Virus record (IMG/VR): IMGVR_UViG_3300027852_000032
Span: 64,001-128,000 of that record
Reading direction: 5' to 3' (one strand)
Source of the DNA: a virus
Lineage: Duplodnaviria > Caudoviricetes
DNA: 64,000 bases
A program made the translations under genes and the position numbers. The notes beneath the pieces are model-generated. The model was not told the origin of the DNA and searched no databases. It was given only the letters and a program-made list of their open reading frames with translations. Position 1 is the first letter of the stretch. Every line of letters starts with the position of its first letter. Positions 47,260 through 56,030 of the stretch are shown here, piece by piece.

Positions 47260-48279
47260 TTAAGAAGACAAACAAAGGGCATGTTCAAAACCTTTCCCTG
47301 TAAAAAGCAAGCGATCCCCTATAACCATAGATGTAGATTTACCCAATACCTCAACCAAAAATCCAGGGTGGGCTCTCACATCGATACCTTTACCTTTGTA
47401 ATTGACTTTGATCTCATCGGAAACAGAACCATGTTTCCCTTTCCCTGTACATACAATTTTCCCTTCCCCAATTTTTAAATCAACCACCCGATCCAAATCA
47501 AAATCAGCTATTACCAAAGAAGAAACTCTGTCGACCATCTCTCCAAAAGAAGAGGGAAGCTTTATTTTTTTTCCTTTCACAACAAAAAAATCATCTATAG
47601 CGGAGGGGTAAGGTTTCCCAGAGTAAGTTCTGCAAGAAAAAAAGGTTTTATCTTTATTAGAAAAATGTAACCATCCATCTGCACTTATAGCGACTTTACA
47701 AATATCATACCCTTTTAACTCTTTGGCGGAAATAGCAGGGAGTAAAAAAGAACCATCAAAAGAAGCTTTCATTTTCTGCTTTGTGGCTCTATAAGAATCG
47801 GAGGAAAAAACATATTTCCCGGAAATATTTAAGCAAGATAATTCGGGTATATTCATATTTTTAGAAACGGAAAAAAGCCCTAATTCAATAGCGGTATTAA
47901 AATCAGAGGGAAGGTCTTTCCAGTCAGAAGACTTATCTGCCGGCCTTTTAATTTTTACAATTTTAATCTCTTTATCAATTTTTATGGAGGCTTTTAATGT
48001 CTCTCCCGTAATAACAAAAGCATCGTCCGTCTGGTTAATTCCAATTTCTTTATCAACCATTTTCTTTATCAAGTTATAAAACTCTGAAGCTTTCACAGCG
48101 CCCATGAGACCTGTTTTGATTTCCTGAAAAATTGCGATGTCGTCGTTATAAGTTCTTATTGAGTTCTTTTCAAAAATAAAATGAGTAGACTGTTCAATAA
48201 TTTCATCATTACTTAATCCCGGTTTCACTTTATCTAAAACAGAAAGTAATTCGTCTCTCAATATGATCTTTTTTGGCAT
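47260..48279 (-). CDS. Sliding clamp (DnaN/beta-like)
   Basis: 339 aa; SSDSYR motif in the middle domain; next to DnaE and clamp loader. Confidence 0.75.
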   Translation of the reverse strand: MPKKIILRDELLSVLDKVKPGLSNDEIIEQSTHFIFEKNSIRTYNDDIAIFQEIKTGLMGAVKASEFYNLIKKMVDKEIGINQTDDAFVITGETLKASIKIDKEIKIVKIKRPADKSSDWKDLPSDFNTAIELGLFSVSKNMNIPELSCLNISGKYVFSSDSYRATKQKMKASFDGSFLLPAISAKELKGYDICKVAISADGWLHFSNKDKTFFSCRTYSGKPYPSAIDDFFVVKGKKIKLPSSFGEMVDRVSSLVIADFDLDRVVDLKIGEGKIVCTGKGKHGSVSDEIKVNYKGKGIDVRAHPGFLVEVLGKSTSMVIGDRLLFTGKGFEHALCLSS

Positions 48280-48280
48280 T

Positions 48281-49303
48281 TTACTTTTCCTTTTTCAATA
48301 ATTGTAAATAATGATCCCATGCGTCTTTTTGTGTTCCTTTTTTCAAAACATAATAATACGAAAACAGAAAAAGAACTTTTTTTGGATTTGCTCTTAATAT
48401 AGCTTTTTCAACAAAAGGAAGCGTGTGTCTACATACAGTCGCGAAAGCTATGTTATTTTTAACTTCCTTTTGAAGTTGAAGAAAATAAAAAATATTCCAC
48501 GCCGCCCTTTCTTTATAGCTTTTTCTCATCTCCTCAAAATCAAATCCGTAATCAGTGATGATTTGTTCTATCATTTTTTTCCATTCAAAAGGGCGCGCAT
48601 CGAACAACCTTTTGTTTTTGCCTTCCTCTTGAGGTATGTCGAAAAAAGATAAGGTTTTTCGAGAATCTTCGATCTTCTTTCGAGAAGAAATATTAATGAC
48701 TAAAGGGGTCGATTTCCAAACAAACTTTTTACTTTTGATAGCTCCAGGAACATAAATACCCCCGTACGCCGTTGATTGCCTCCATGACCCGCTATCAACA
48801 CTCTCCCAAGGGAAATTATTCATCAGCCTAAAAGACGTCGCTGCGTACCCATGGAACTTAACAAGGGGTTTTCCTTTAGAGTCACAAAGGATCTTCATAC
48901 ACCTCTTTAGCCATTCCGCTCTGACTGGGGTGATTTTATCATTTGCAGGAGAAATTCCTATAAACTTGGGTCCAAAATCCTTCAATTTTTGCAACCATTT
49001 GAAATCCTCTCCTTGATGGAAAATGTGCATCAGTTTATCTTTTGAAACTTTTTTTTTCAACATGTATTGATAGTTATCCCACCCTTTTTCAGCTGACCCC
49101 TCAATATCATCTTTCGTCAAAACTTTCTGCCCAAATACTCCGGGGATAACGTCTAAATTAGCAATATGAGATAACTGCCCTTGGTGTTCTTTTGCAAAAT
49201 CAATATAAGAGTCTATGTCAATTTCCACCCGCTTTGTCCAGGCTGTAAAAGCCCCCGAATCCAACATTAGTTCAACCTTACTTTTTGAAGGTGCTCGTGA
49301 CAT
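48281..49303 (-). CDS. dpdA: DpdA/TGT-like DNA-guanine transglycosylase
   Basis: LDSGAF, LDVIPG, FHQGE, FHGYA, SVDSGSW TGT-fold motifs; adjacent to que genes. Confidence 0.75.
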   Translation of the reverse strand: MSRAPSKSKVELMLDSGAFTAWTKRVEIDIDSYIDFAKEHQGQLSHIANLDVIPGVFGQKVLTKDDIEGSAEKGWDNYQYMLKKKVSKDKLMHIFHQGEDFKWLQKLKDFGPKFIGISPANDKITPVRAEWLKRCMKILCDSKGKPLVKFHGYAATSFRLMNNFPWESVDSGSWRQSTAYGGIYVPGAIKSKKFVWKSTPLVINISSRKKIEDSRKTLSFFDIPQEEGKNKRLFDARPFEWKKMIEQIITDYGFDFEEMRKSYKERAAWNIFYFLQLQKEVKNNIAFATVCRHTLPFVEKAILRANPKKVLFLFSYYYVLKKGTQKDAWDHYLQLLKKEK

Positions 49304-49682
49304 TTATTTTCACCCCTCCTCTCGCATTAAATTCACCCGTGACAGTTAATTCGATAGGGGAGCAAAGACGGACAAGATCATCCCTTATCAAGTTAACGAT
49401 AGTCTCCATAAAACCTTGATAATTTCTATAAGCGAAAAAGTACAATTTGAGGCTCTTTGACTCTATACAAAGTTTATCAGGTACATAATCAATTTTTATT
49501 GTCGCGAAATCAGGTTGCCCGGTTTTAGGACAACAACTGGTAAACTCCGGGAAAATAAGATTGACTTCATACCCATAACCTGTATACCTGTTTTCAAACG
49601 CCTCAAGAATCCCTTCCGGCTTTTCATATTCGTATTCAGTTCTTTCTGATCCTAAATGTTTTAGCTCTTGGCCTTCTTTCAT
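49278..49682 (-). CDS. queF: PreQ0 reductase QueF (unimodular)
   Basis: PEFTSCCPKTGQPDF, QueF motif ESKSLKLY, FNARGG. Confidence 0.92.
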   Translation of the reverse strand: MKEGQELKHLGSERTEYEYEKPEGILEAFENRYTGYGYEVNLIFPEFTSCCPKTGQPDFATIKIDYVPDKLCIESKSLKLYFFAYRNYQGFMETIVNLIRDDLVRLCSPIELTVTGEFNARGGVKINVTSTFKK

Positions 49683-50590
49683 TTTTTCATCCTCGCTATG
49701 AATTCATCTTTACACCCATCTTTATTCTCTGAGAAATACCCTGTAGCCGATATGACTTCAAAAGGACTATTGAACTTTTTTACTCCCCTCATTTCTTTGC
49801 ACAAATGCCTTGCACTCATGACTAATATCATTCCTTTTGAGTTGATCTTTTCGTCCAGGTGATTGACAATATCAAAAACAAGTCTTTCTGCTATTTGCAA
49901 TCTTGCTGAAAAGTAATCAACTACCCTTGCAATTTTACTGGCTCCAATTAACAAGTCAGAGGGAATATACCCGAAGCTATACTCACCAAAAAAGGGTAAC
50001 ATATGGTGCTCACAATATGAAAAGAAATACCCCTCATCCCTCAACATCGTGTCGTACTTGACTCCATCTGAACCATCGTTCGCGAAAACAGTCACTTTTG
50101 GAAGACAAGCAGGGTTATATCCCTTAAAGGTTTCTTTCCACATTTTAGTGACCCTTTTCGGGGTATCTTTTAATCCCGGGCGATTAGGGTTTTCCCCAAT
50201 TACCTGGATCATTCTGGTCACAGCATCCTCGGCCGGATTTTCTTTTGATTCTTTTTCCCAAAAAAACTCAACCCATCCATGCGCCATCTGGGCAAAAATA
50301 AACGGGTGCAAAACCAACTCGTTTTTTTTATACAAACAAGCAAAATCATTATTGGGGTATCTTTCTCTTGTTTCTCCCGAATCAACTATATCGTCAACAA
50401 CCAATGTATTTTTTGTAACATCTTTAGCACTGACTAAAGGTTTTTTTAACAAAGCCGATAATGCTAAAGCGACATAGACGCCCCCCCGAGGAACACCATA
50501 TATATTTGAGTATCTTAAATTTGCCGCTGAAATATTACTTGCCAAACAACCAACAAGATAATTGAATTTTTCCAGATTACAAACCTCCAT
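49679..50590 (-). CDS. folE: Phosphoribosyltransferase - GTP cyclohydrolase I fusion
   Basis: N-half: GVPRGG and VVDDIVDSGET (PRPP loop), F.WE. C-half: GL.DTPKRV, SYCEHHMLPF, SKIAR, RLQI.ERL, HLC..MRG. Confidence 0.92.
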   Translation of the reverse strand: MEVCNLEKFNYLVGCLASNISAANLRYSNIYGVPRGGVYVALALSALLKKPLVSAKDVTKNTLVVDDIVDSGETRERYPNNDFACLYKKNELVLHPFIFAQMAHGWVEFFWEKESKENPAEDAVTRMIQVIGENPNRPGLKDTPKRVTKMWKETFKGYNPACLPKVTVFANDGSDGVKYDTMLRDEGYFFSYCEHHMLPFFGEYSFGYIPSDLLIGASKIARVVDYFSARLQIAERLVFDIVNHLDEKINSKGMILVMSARHLCKEMRGVKKFNSPFEVISATGYFSENKDGCKDEFIARMKK

Positions 50591-51284
50591 TATTTTTTAC
50601 CCCCTCAAAATATAATCTTCGAACCAATGGGTCTTGTACCCCTGCTCTTGAAAAACCATCTTCCCTTAATTTGCAAGCAGGGCACTTGCCACATGGGGGA
50701 ACTTGCCCTTCGTAACAAGTATGACTATAAGCCAAAGCATCCATGCACCCAGGCAAAGATTTTGCCATTTCAACCGCTTCTTTTTTATCTTTATTCATTA
50801 ATGGGGTATGAATACAAAAGCCATTTCTCGAAGAACCAAAACCTCTATTCAACGTCTGTTGCAAAGAGGTAATTGATTCTTGTCTGCAATCAGGGTACCC
50901 AGAAGAATCAGTCTGACAAACGCCCGTCACAATACTTGATATTTGATGCTTATAAGCAAGGGCTGCGGCAATTGTTAAGAAAATAATGTTTCTCCCGGGA
51001 ACAAAAGATGCAGGTAAATCTTTATCTATTACATGAGGATCCGAGACCTCCCCGCCATCAACCAAAGCCGAATTGCCAACTTTTCGGAATAGATCTGTCT
51101 CAAAAAACCGATAAGGGACATTCGCCAGTTTCGCAATTTTTCTGGCGGACTCTATTTCTATCGCATGCCTTTGGCTGTAATAAATATTAAGAGCAAGAAC
51201 TTTCCCGAATATTCTTTTCGCCCAGAACAAACACGTCGTTGAATCTTGTCCACCAGATAAAAGAACAATTGCTTTTATACTCAT
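50577..51284 (-). CDS. queC: 7-cyano-7-deazaguanine synthase QueC
   Basis: LLSGGQDS, VPGRN, YPDCR, TCY.G...CGKCPAC..R. Confidence 0.95.
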   Translation of the reverse strand: MSIKAIVLLSGGQDSTTCLFWAKRIFGKVLALNIYYSQRHAIEIESARKIAKLANVPYRFFETDLFRKVGNSALVDGGEVSDPHVIDKDLPASFVPGRNIIFLTIAAALAYKHQISSIVTGVCQTDSSGYPDCRQESITSLQQTLNRGFGSSRNGFCIHTPLMNKDKKEAVEMAKSLPGCMDALAYSHTCYEGQVPPCGKCPACKLREDGFSRAGVQDPLVRRLYFEGVKNNGGL

Positions 51285-51292
51285 TTTAACTC

Positions 51293-51850
51293 CTATTTAC
51301 TTTCGCGAGGTTTTACTAATCTTCCAACTTCCTCCAAACACCGAACCACCTTTTTTACATCAGACAATAATGTCAAGATAGTGCTATCGGTACAGGTCAA
51401 GCCGTCTTCATCCAAATGCTTACGAATTTGATCTTTTGTAATTTTGTCGTTCGCGCAAATCAACTTACAAATTTTCGCTGTTACAGACACCTTTTTTTTG
51501 GGTTTGGATTTAGCGGCTGGGGTATTATTAGGATCAGGATCAGGGTCGGTATCAGGATCAGGATCAGGGTCAGTATCAGGATCAGAATCAGGATCAGGGT
51601 CGGAATCAGGGTCGGGATCAGGGGCGGGATCGGTATCAGGGGCTGGGGGAATATCAGCTCCAAGGCCAATCAAAACAGACCTCGTCTCATCAGAAAGATA
51701 ATCTCCTTCTTGAAGGGATTTGGCGGCTTCCAAAATATCTTTTCGAAGAGAAGCAACAGAAATTTTTCTCCCTGTTTTTATAGATTCTTCAAAAAAATCA
51801 CTTATTTCTTTTGCAGCTTCTTCTAATTGTTTTTTTGTAGCTCTTCTCAT
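51293..51850 (-). CDS. Two-domain hypothetical protein with (Asp-Pro)n linker
   Basis: Helical N-domain, ~40-aa DP repeat, possible winged-helix C-domain; GAGGG RBS. Confidence 0.65.
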   Translation of the reverse strand: MRRATKKQLEEAAKEISDFFEESIKTGRKISVASLRKDILEAAKSLQEGDYLSDETRSVLIGLGADIPPAPDTDPAPDPDPDSDPDPDSDPDTDPDPDPDTDPDPDPNNTPAAKSKPKKKVSVTAKICKLICANDKITKDQIRKHLDEDGLTCTDSTILTLLSDVKKVVRCLEEVGRLVKPRESK

Positions 51851-51855
51851 TGTTT

Positions 51856-52070
51856 CCCTCTTATATATTTATTTATTTTTAAGCCCCCAGTAAAGGGGGC
51901 GACAATAATTATATTCTATCTTATTCGTGTTTTATTATATTCTATCTTATTTGCGTTTTATTATATTTTGGCGATGTCTCAGTATCTCATTTTATCCCCC
52001 TCTTATATATTTATTTATTTTTAAGCCCCCAGTAAAGGGGGCGACAATAATTATACTCTGTCTTGTTCGT
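51856..52070. repeat. Direct repeat (~70 bp x2, offset 142 bp) containing a GCCCCC-AGTAAA-GGGGGC hairpin
   Basis: 51856-51928 is nearly identical to 51998-52070. Confidence 0.92.
51910..51990 (-). pseudogene. Internally deleted relic of the adjacent DUF262-like gene
   Basis: Starts ATGAGATACTGAGACAT versus ATGAGATACTCAGACAT; ends ACGAATAAGATAGAATATAA versus ACGAACAAGACAGAGTATAA. Confidence 0.7.
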
Positions 52071-52578
52071 CTTCCAAAAGGTTTCTTACCTGTTGAATCT
52101 CAAGAGCAGAATGAACTCTCCCACCTTCATTTAACTCAATGTACCATTTCAAAACATCAGCTTTTTCTGGAAGATTATCGATAAACCATTTGAACCGACA
52201 AGTCTTGGGCATTTTCCCTTTTATTTCACTGTAATAAGCAAGACAAAAAACAGGAAACTCATCTGCAAGAAAATCCCTAACCGCTGTTACTCTTTGAAGA
52301 CCATCAATAATTTGATACTGCACTTCTTGATCACCTATCCGCCCTGAACGATTACAAGAAACTCTATCAGCGTCAAGACCACCTTGAAGTTTATACTCTA
52401 CATATGCGATACTTTCTGCCTTTGTCCAAGTATTCTCTTTCAAAAAATCACGGCTGAGGTCACCTTCAATGGAAGAGTCTTCTATTATAGTAGAAATATG
52501 TTTTTCAAGATCTTCCCATTTAACATCACAAGAATGACGGCTGCTATTTTCAAATTTGTTTATGTCTGAGTATCTCAT
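52051..52578 (-). CDS. DUF262 / ParB-Srx-like domain protein
   Basis: WT......Y, IIDGLQRVTA, LNEGG motifs. Confidence 0.75.
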   Translation of the reverse strand: MRYSDINKFENSSRHSCDVKWEDLEKHISTIIEDSSIEGDLSRDFLKENTWTKAESIAYVEYKLQGGLDADRVSCNRSGRIGDQEVQYQIIDGLQRVTAVRDFLADEFPVFCLAYYSEIKGKMPKTCRFKWFIDNLPEKADVLKWYIELNEGGRVHSALEIQQVRNLLEDEQDRV

Positions 52579-52633
52579 TTTATTTTCCCCTTTTGTTTAA
52601 TTAATTAATAATACCAACGTTTATCTTATAAAC

Positions 52634-52693
52634 AATATAAACAATATAAAGAATATAGTCAACCTCAGTTATAGCCGGTTATAGCCGGTTATG
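52634..52693 (-). promoter_or_regulatory. Sigma70-type promoter with upstream decamer repeats
   Basis: TTGACT-17-TATATT; TTATAGCCGG repeats (+ strand) upstream of the -35. Confidence 0.8.
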
Positions 52694-52839
52694 GATAACT
52701 ATATACGATTAGAAAGATAGAACCGTTTATTTCTTTAATTAACTAAAAAGTTCATTTAATTTAGTTTTTCTTTCTTTTTAGTTAACATTTTTACTATATT
52801 TACTATACAAAATCCCTTCTCTTCTTTTAGATATTCATT

Positions 52840-53496
52840 TTATAAAAGCAAATTATTTTTAATTTCATCTACCTTGATCAACTTATGAATTTGAATATTT
52901 AAAACAATATCCTTACACCCATATTTAATCATCTCTTCGGCCAGCCACAAAGCGTTATTCTTTCCGCCATTCATCATGGGGCTTAAAGCGTAATTCGCTC
53001 TACAGGCATCTTTCTTCAAAATATCAATAAAATTAATAGAGCTAATAAAATCACAACGATCAATTATTACAAATTTAATCCAGTCTTTTTCTGTTAACCG
53101 CCTATGATTTTCTAAACACATATAATCAGGATTCGCTAATTTATAATCAAGAACCCACCCCAAATCGCTTGATTCAATTTCTGGAAAGGGAAGGCTCCCA
53201 TTTGTTTCTACCGAAACAACATTTTTTTTATAAAGCAAAGCCTCAATTAACTCGGCCGTCTCTCTTTGCAATAAAGGCTCCCCTCCTGTAATCGTAACTT
53301 TTCCTTTAGGGATGAGGTCAACAATTTGGGAAACAGACATCTCTTTTTTATTGGTCAATTTTCTTGCCTGGGGCGTATCGCAATAAGTACAATTTAAATT
53401 ACACCCTTGAAAACGAATAAAAGTTGTAAGAGCCCCTTGCCCCTTAAAGTTCACCTCTCCGTCAATACCCGTGAATATTTCATTTATATATAACAT
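52840..53496 (-). CDS. queE: 7-carboxy-7-deazaguanine synthase QueE (radical SAM)
   Basis: INEIF.GIDGE, FIRFQGCNLNCTYCDT, TGGEP, ETNG, QIHK. Confidence 0.93.
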   Translation of the reverse strand: MLYINEIFTGIDGEVNFKGQGALTTFIRFQGCNLNCTYCDTPQARKLTNKKEMSVSQIVDLIPKGKVTITGGEPLLQRETAELIEALLYKKNVVSVETNGSLPFPEIESSDLGWVLDYKLANPDYMCLENHRRLTEKDWIKFVIIDRCDFISSINFIDILKKDACRANYALSPMMNGGKNNALWLAEEMIKYGCKDIVLNIQIHKLIKVDEIKNNLLL

Positions 53497-53873
53497 TATT
53501 TTGAAAGCCCCTTCACCCATGTTGCATAATTAAAAGATGTTTCCCAAACTCTTACTTTGACTACAAAAACATCATGAGGCAAAAGTTTTTGGATAGCTTC
53601 TGAAAAACAAAGGGATAATACTTCAGCCGTTGGATTATGAAAAAAAACATTTAGGCAGGAATGATCATATGTATCTATAATACTTCTCTTCACGATTTCT
53701 TTTAAATTGTTAAAATCTATTATCATTCCCGCTTCTGGCCCTGTAGTTTTTATTTCTCCAGTCACAGTCACCTCAAGTTTAAAATTATGGCCATGGTCAT
53801 TTTTACATTTTCCTTCATGAGATGGGAGATAATGAGACGCTGCGAATTCAAAAATCTTAGTAACATTTACCAT
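53496..53873 (-). CDS. queD: 6-carboxytetrahydropterin synthase QueD
   Basis: FAASH, KC...HGH, GMIIDF, DH..LN, PTAE, WET. Confidence 0.95.
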   Translation of the reverse strand: MVNVTKIFEFAASHYLPSHEGKCKNDHGHNFKLEVTVTGEIKTTGPEAGMIIDFNNLKEIVKRSIIDTYDHSCLNVFFHNPTAEVLSLCFSEAIQKLLPHDVFVVKVRVWETSFNYATWVKGLSK

Positions 53874-53981
53874 TTTTTTTACTTCCTTTTTAGTCTGAGT
53901 TTTCTTAAGTTTTTTCAAGTATTTTTACTTACATTATATTATACAAAATCAATTTTCTTTTTTTAAGTATTTATCATTTTT

Positions 53982-54401
53982 CTAATATTTTCTTGAAACT
54001 CTATGAGCTTCGGGATTTCCCTGTACTTTGTCTCCATAGCGATTACCAATCCCAAACCCCCTTAAAATATCTTTATTTTCCAGAGATAAAAGAAGATCGT
54101 AATATTTTTCCACGAAAACAGATCTACTTTCAATACATGCTATTTTTTCTCTTTGCCGATTTATTGAATTTATTTCCCGTGTCAAGACAGCCCTTTCTGT
54201 CCCCTCTGCCCTCTCTCTTTTATTTTCGCAAAATTCCTCAACTATATCAAAAAAAGTCGCCATATTTTCCTGAAGGGTCACTAAAGGTGAATACCGAACA
54301 TCCATCAAAAGAAGCAAGGTTTTTTTTAAATCCTTAGAAGAAAGAAAAAACAACTTTTGCTGATTGATAATTACCATTTCCCCTCTTTTTTCATTTTTCA
54401 T
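53982..54401 (-). CDS. Hypothetical protein
   Basis: 139 aa, directly after the helicase. Confidence 0.6.
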   Translation of the reverse strand: MKNEKRGEMVIINQQKLFFLSSKDLKKTLLLLMDVRYSPLVTLQENMATFFDIVEEFCENKRERAEGTERAVLTREINSINRQREKIACIESRSVFVEKYYDLLLSLENKDILRGFGIGNRYGDKVQGNPEAHRVSRKY

Positions 54402-54403
54402 TT

Positions 54404-55816
54404 TTATTGCTCCGCTATTCGGGAATCCAAATATGGTTTCCCTATTTTTAGTTGATGTAAGACCAACACTTGTTGAGTAAGATCAAAGTAATCGTCTCTT
54501 TGCTTTAATACCATCGCCCTCATTATTCCTTTTTTCTTATCCTCAGGGGACATATTAATCGCCATTCCTCCGTCACATAATTCAAGTTTAGCGATCGCCT
54601 CTGCCCAATCACCTTGCTGAATAACTTTTCCCGTCCTCGCCGTATTAGACTGACTTGCGGTAAGCACTAAACAATTTTTTTCCTGCGCAAGCGACTTATG
54701 GGACTCCCATATTTCCGACAATTGATGTCTTTTTTGCTGTCTGGGATCCTCCGCCTTAAATTTATCAGCGTAATCCGTCACGATGACATCAGGTATAAAA
54801 TTATCATAATGTTCCAAATTATACAAATAAGCTTTTACATCGCTCATTGTAGCTGATCGAGAAGGATAAGTAACGAGCCGAAAAGAGTTTCCCCGTACCA
54901 AGCCTGACCTCTTAATAGCCAGACTTTTCCGAATTGCTTCTCTGGGGGATAATGCTTTTCTGTCCTCTTTTTTATATTTTATTTCATCGTTTTTATCAAA
55001 ATAAGGAATCTCTAATTCTTCCCCCCATCTTTTTGTCGGCTTTCCATTAATCCAATGATGAATCCTTCTTGTCATTTGTTTTTCAGACATCTCCATTGAT
55101 ATAAAAACAACATTAAATCCAGAAAATAACGCTCTCAATGCGGAAATCATTAGCCACCAACTTTTTCCCGTTCCCGAAGAACCTACAAAAGAAAAGAGCC
55201 ATCCCCTTTCAAAAACACCAATAGTTTTTCCCAGCACCCCAGGCAAACTGAAAAGCCGATCACCTGCTTCATCGCTTAATGCAGATACAATTGTATCTTT
55301 GTCAAAAACAGGATCAACTCCTCTCGTTTGAACCCTCGTCACCCTAGTGTACCCTTTTATTAACGCTTCAGCTTCCTCTATTCTATTTCCAATTAATGCC
55401 TTTCTTATTTCATCCGTCAGATTTCTAAGAGATAGCTCCCTAAAATAATTTTCCGCTTTATCTAATATGTATTCCGCATTAAACGTATTATTTTTCTCCC
55501 TTTCAACATACTCAGAAGACACATCTTCCAAAAAAGACTCGATCATATTTACTTCATCAGGATCAAGCAAGTCGTTTTTTTTAATCCTAAAAATATCTTC
55601 TATGTAATTGTTAGGGGCAACTTTATATTGCTGAAAATATTCCAAACACCATCTGGCTATGATTTGGGCAAAAGGTACTTTTAAACATTTTTCCTGATAA
55701 ATTGGCTCGATTCCTTTTAAGAATTCGGTGCTAATAATCATCCCTGTGACAATTTGCCTTTCGAACCTTGTATTCGTTGCTTTCTTTCTTCTGACTATCT
55801 CATTTATAGCTGCCAT
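54404..55816 (-). CDS. DnaB/T4 gp41-like replicative helicase
   Basis: GSSGTGKS, SMEMS, VTDYAD, TASQSN, KQRD. Confidence 0.88.
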   Translation of the reverse strand: MAAINEIVRRKKATNTRFERQIVTGMIISTEFLKGIEPIYQEKCLKVPFAQIIARWCLEYFQQYKVAPNNYIEDIFRIKKNDLLDPDEVNMIESFLEDVSSEYVEREKNNTFNAEYILDKAENYFRELSLRNLTDEIRKALIGNRIEEAEALIKGYTRVTRVQTRGVDPVFDKDTIVSALSDEAGDRLFSLPGVLGKTIGVFERGWLFSFVGSSGTGKSWWLMISALRALFSGFNVVFISMEMSEKQMTRRIHHWINGKPTKRWGEELEIPYFDKNDEIKYKKEDRKALSPREAIRKSLAIKRSGLVRGNSFRLVTYPSRSATMSDVKAYLYNLEHYDNFIPDVIVTDYADKFKAEDPRQQKRHQLSEIWESHKSLAQEKNCLVLTASQSNTARTGKVIQQGDWAEAIAKLELCDGGMAINMSPEDKKKGIMRAMVLKQRDDYFDLTQQVLVLHQLKIGKPYLDSRIAEQ

Positions 55817-55849
55817 TTAGTCTCCATTGGAATCTCCCACCTAATAAGC

Positions 55850-55947
55850 AAATTAAATACTCACCTCGCTAAAGATCTACTATCAAAATGAAAGGATCTA
55901 TAATAAATCAATGTCATCGTACCGCTTACCAAATTGAAGGGCTTTAA
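55850..55947 (+). repeat. Dispersed ~100-nt repeat, copy B
   Basis: Aligns with copy A, including invariant TCAATGTCATCGTAC. Confidence 0.9.
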
Positions 55948-56030
55948 ACACCCCCTGAGCCCGTCAGCCTTGTTTTAACTATTTTTTGATTATATTGTAC
56001 AGTTTTTTTCTTTTTTTTTGAAAAAATACT

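Noticed and set aside
51856-52070. Mini CRISPR array (also considered for 2569-2623 and 59191-59230)
   Set aside because: Only two long repeats whose spacer is a relic of the neighbouring gene; the other arrays have no spacers; no cas genes.
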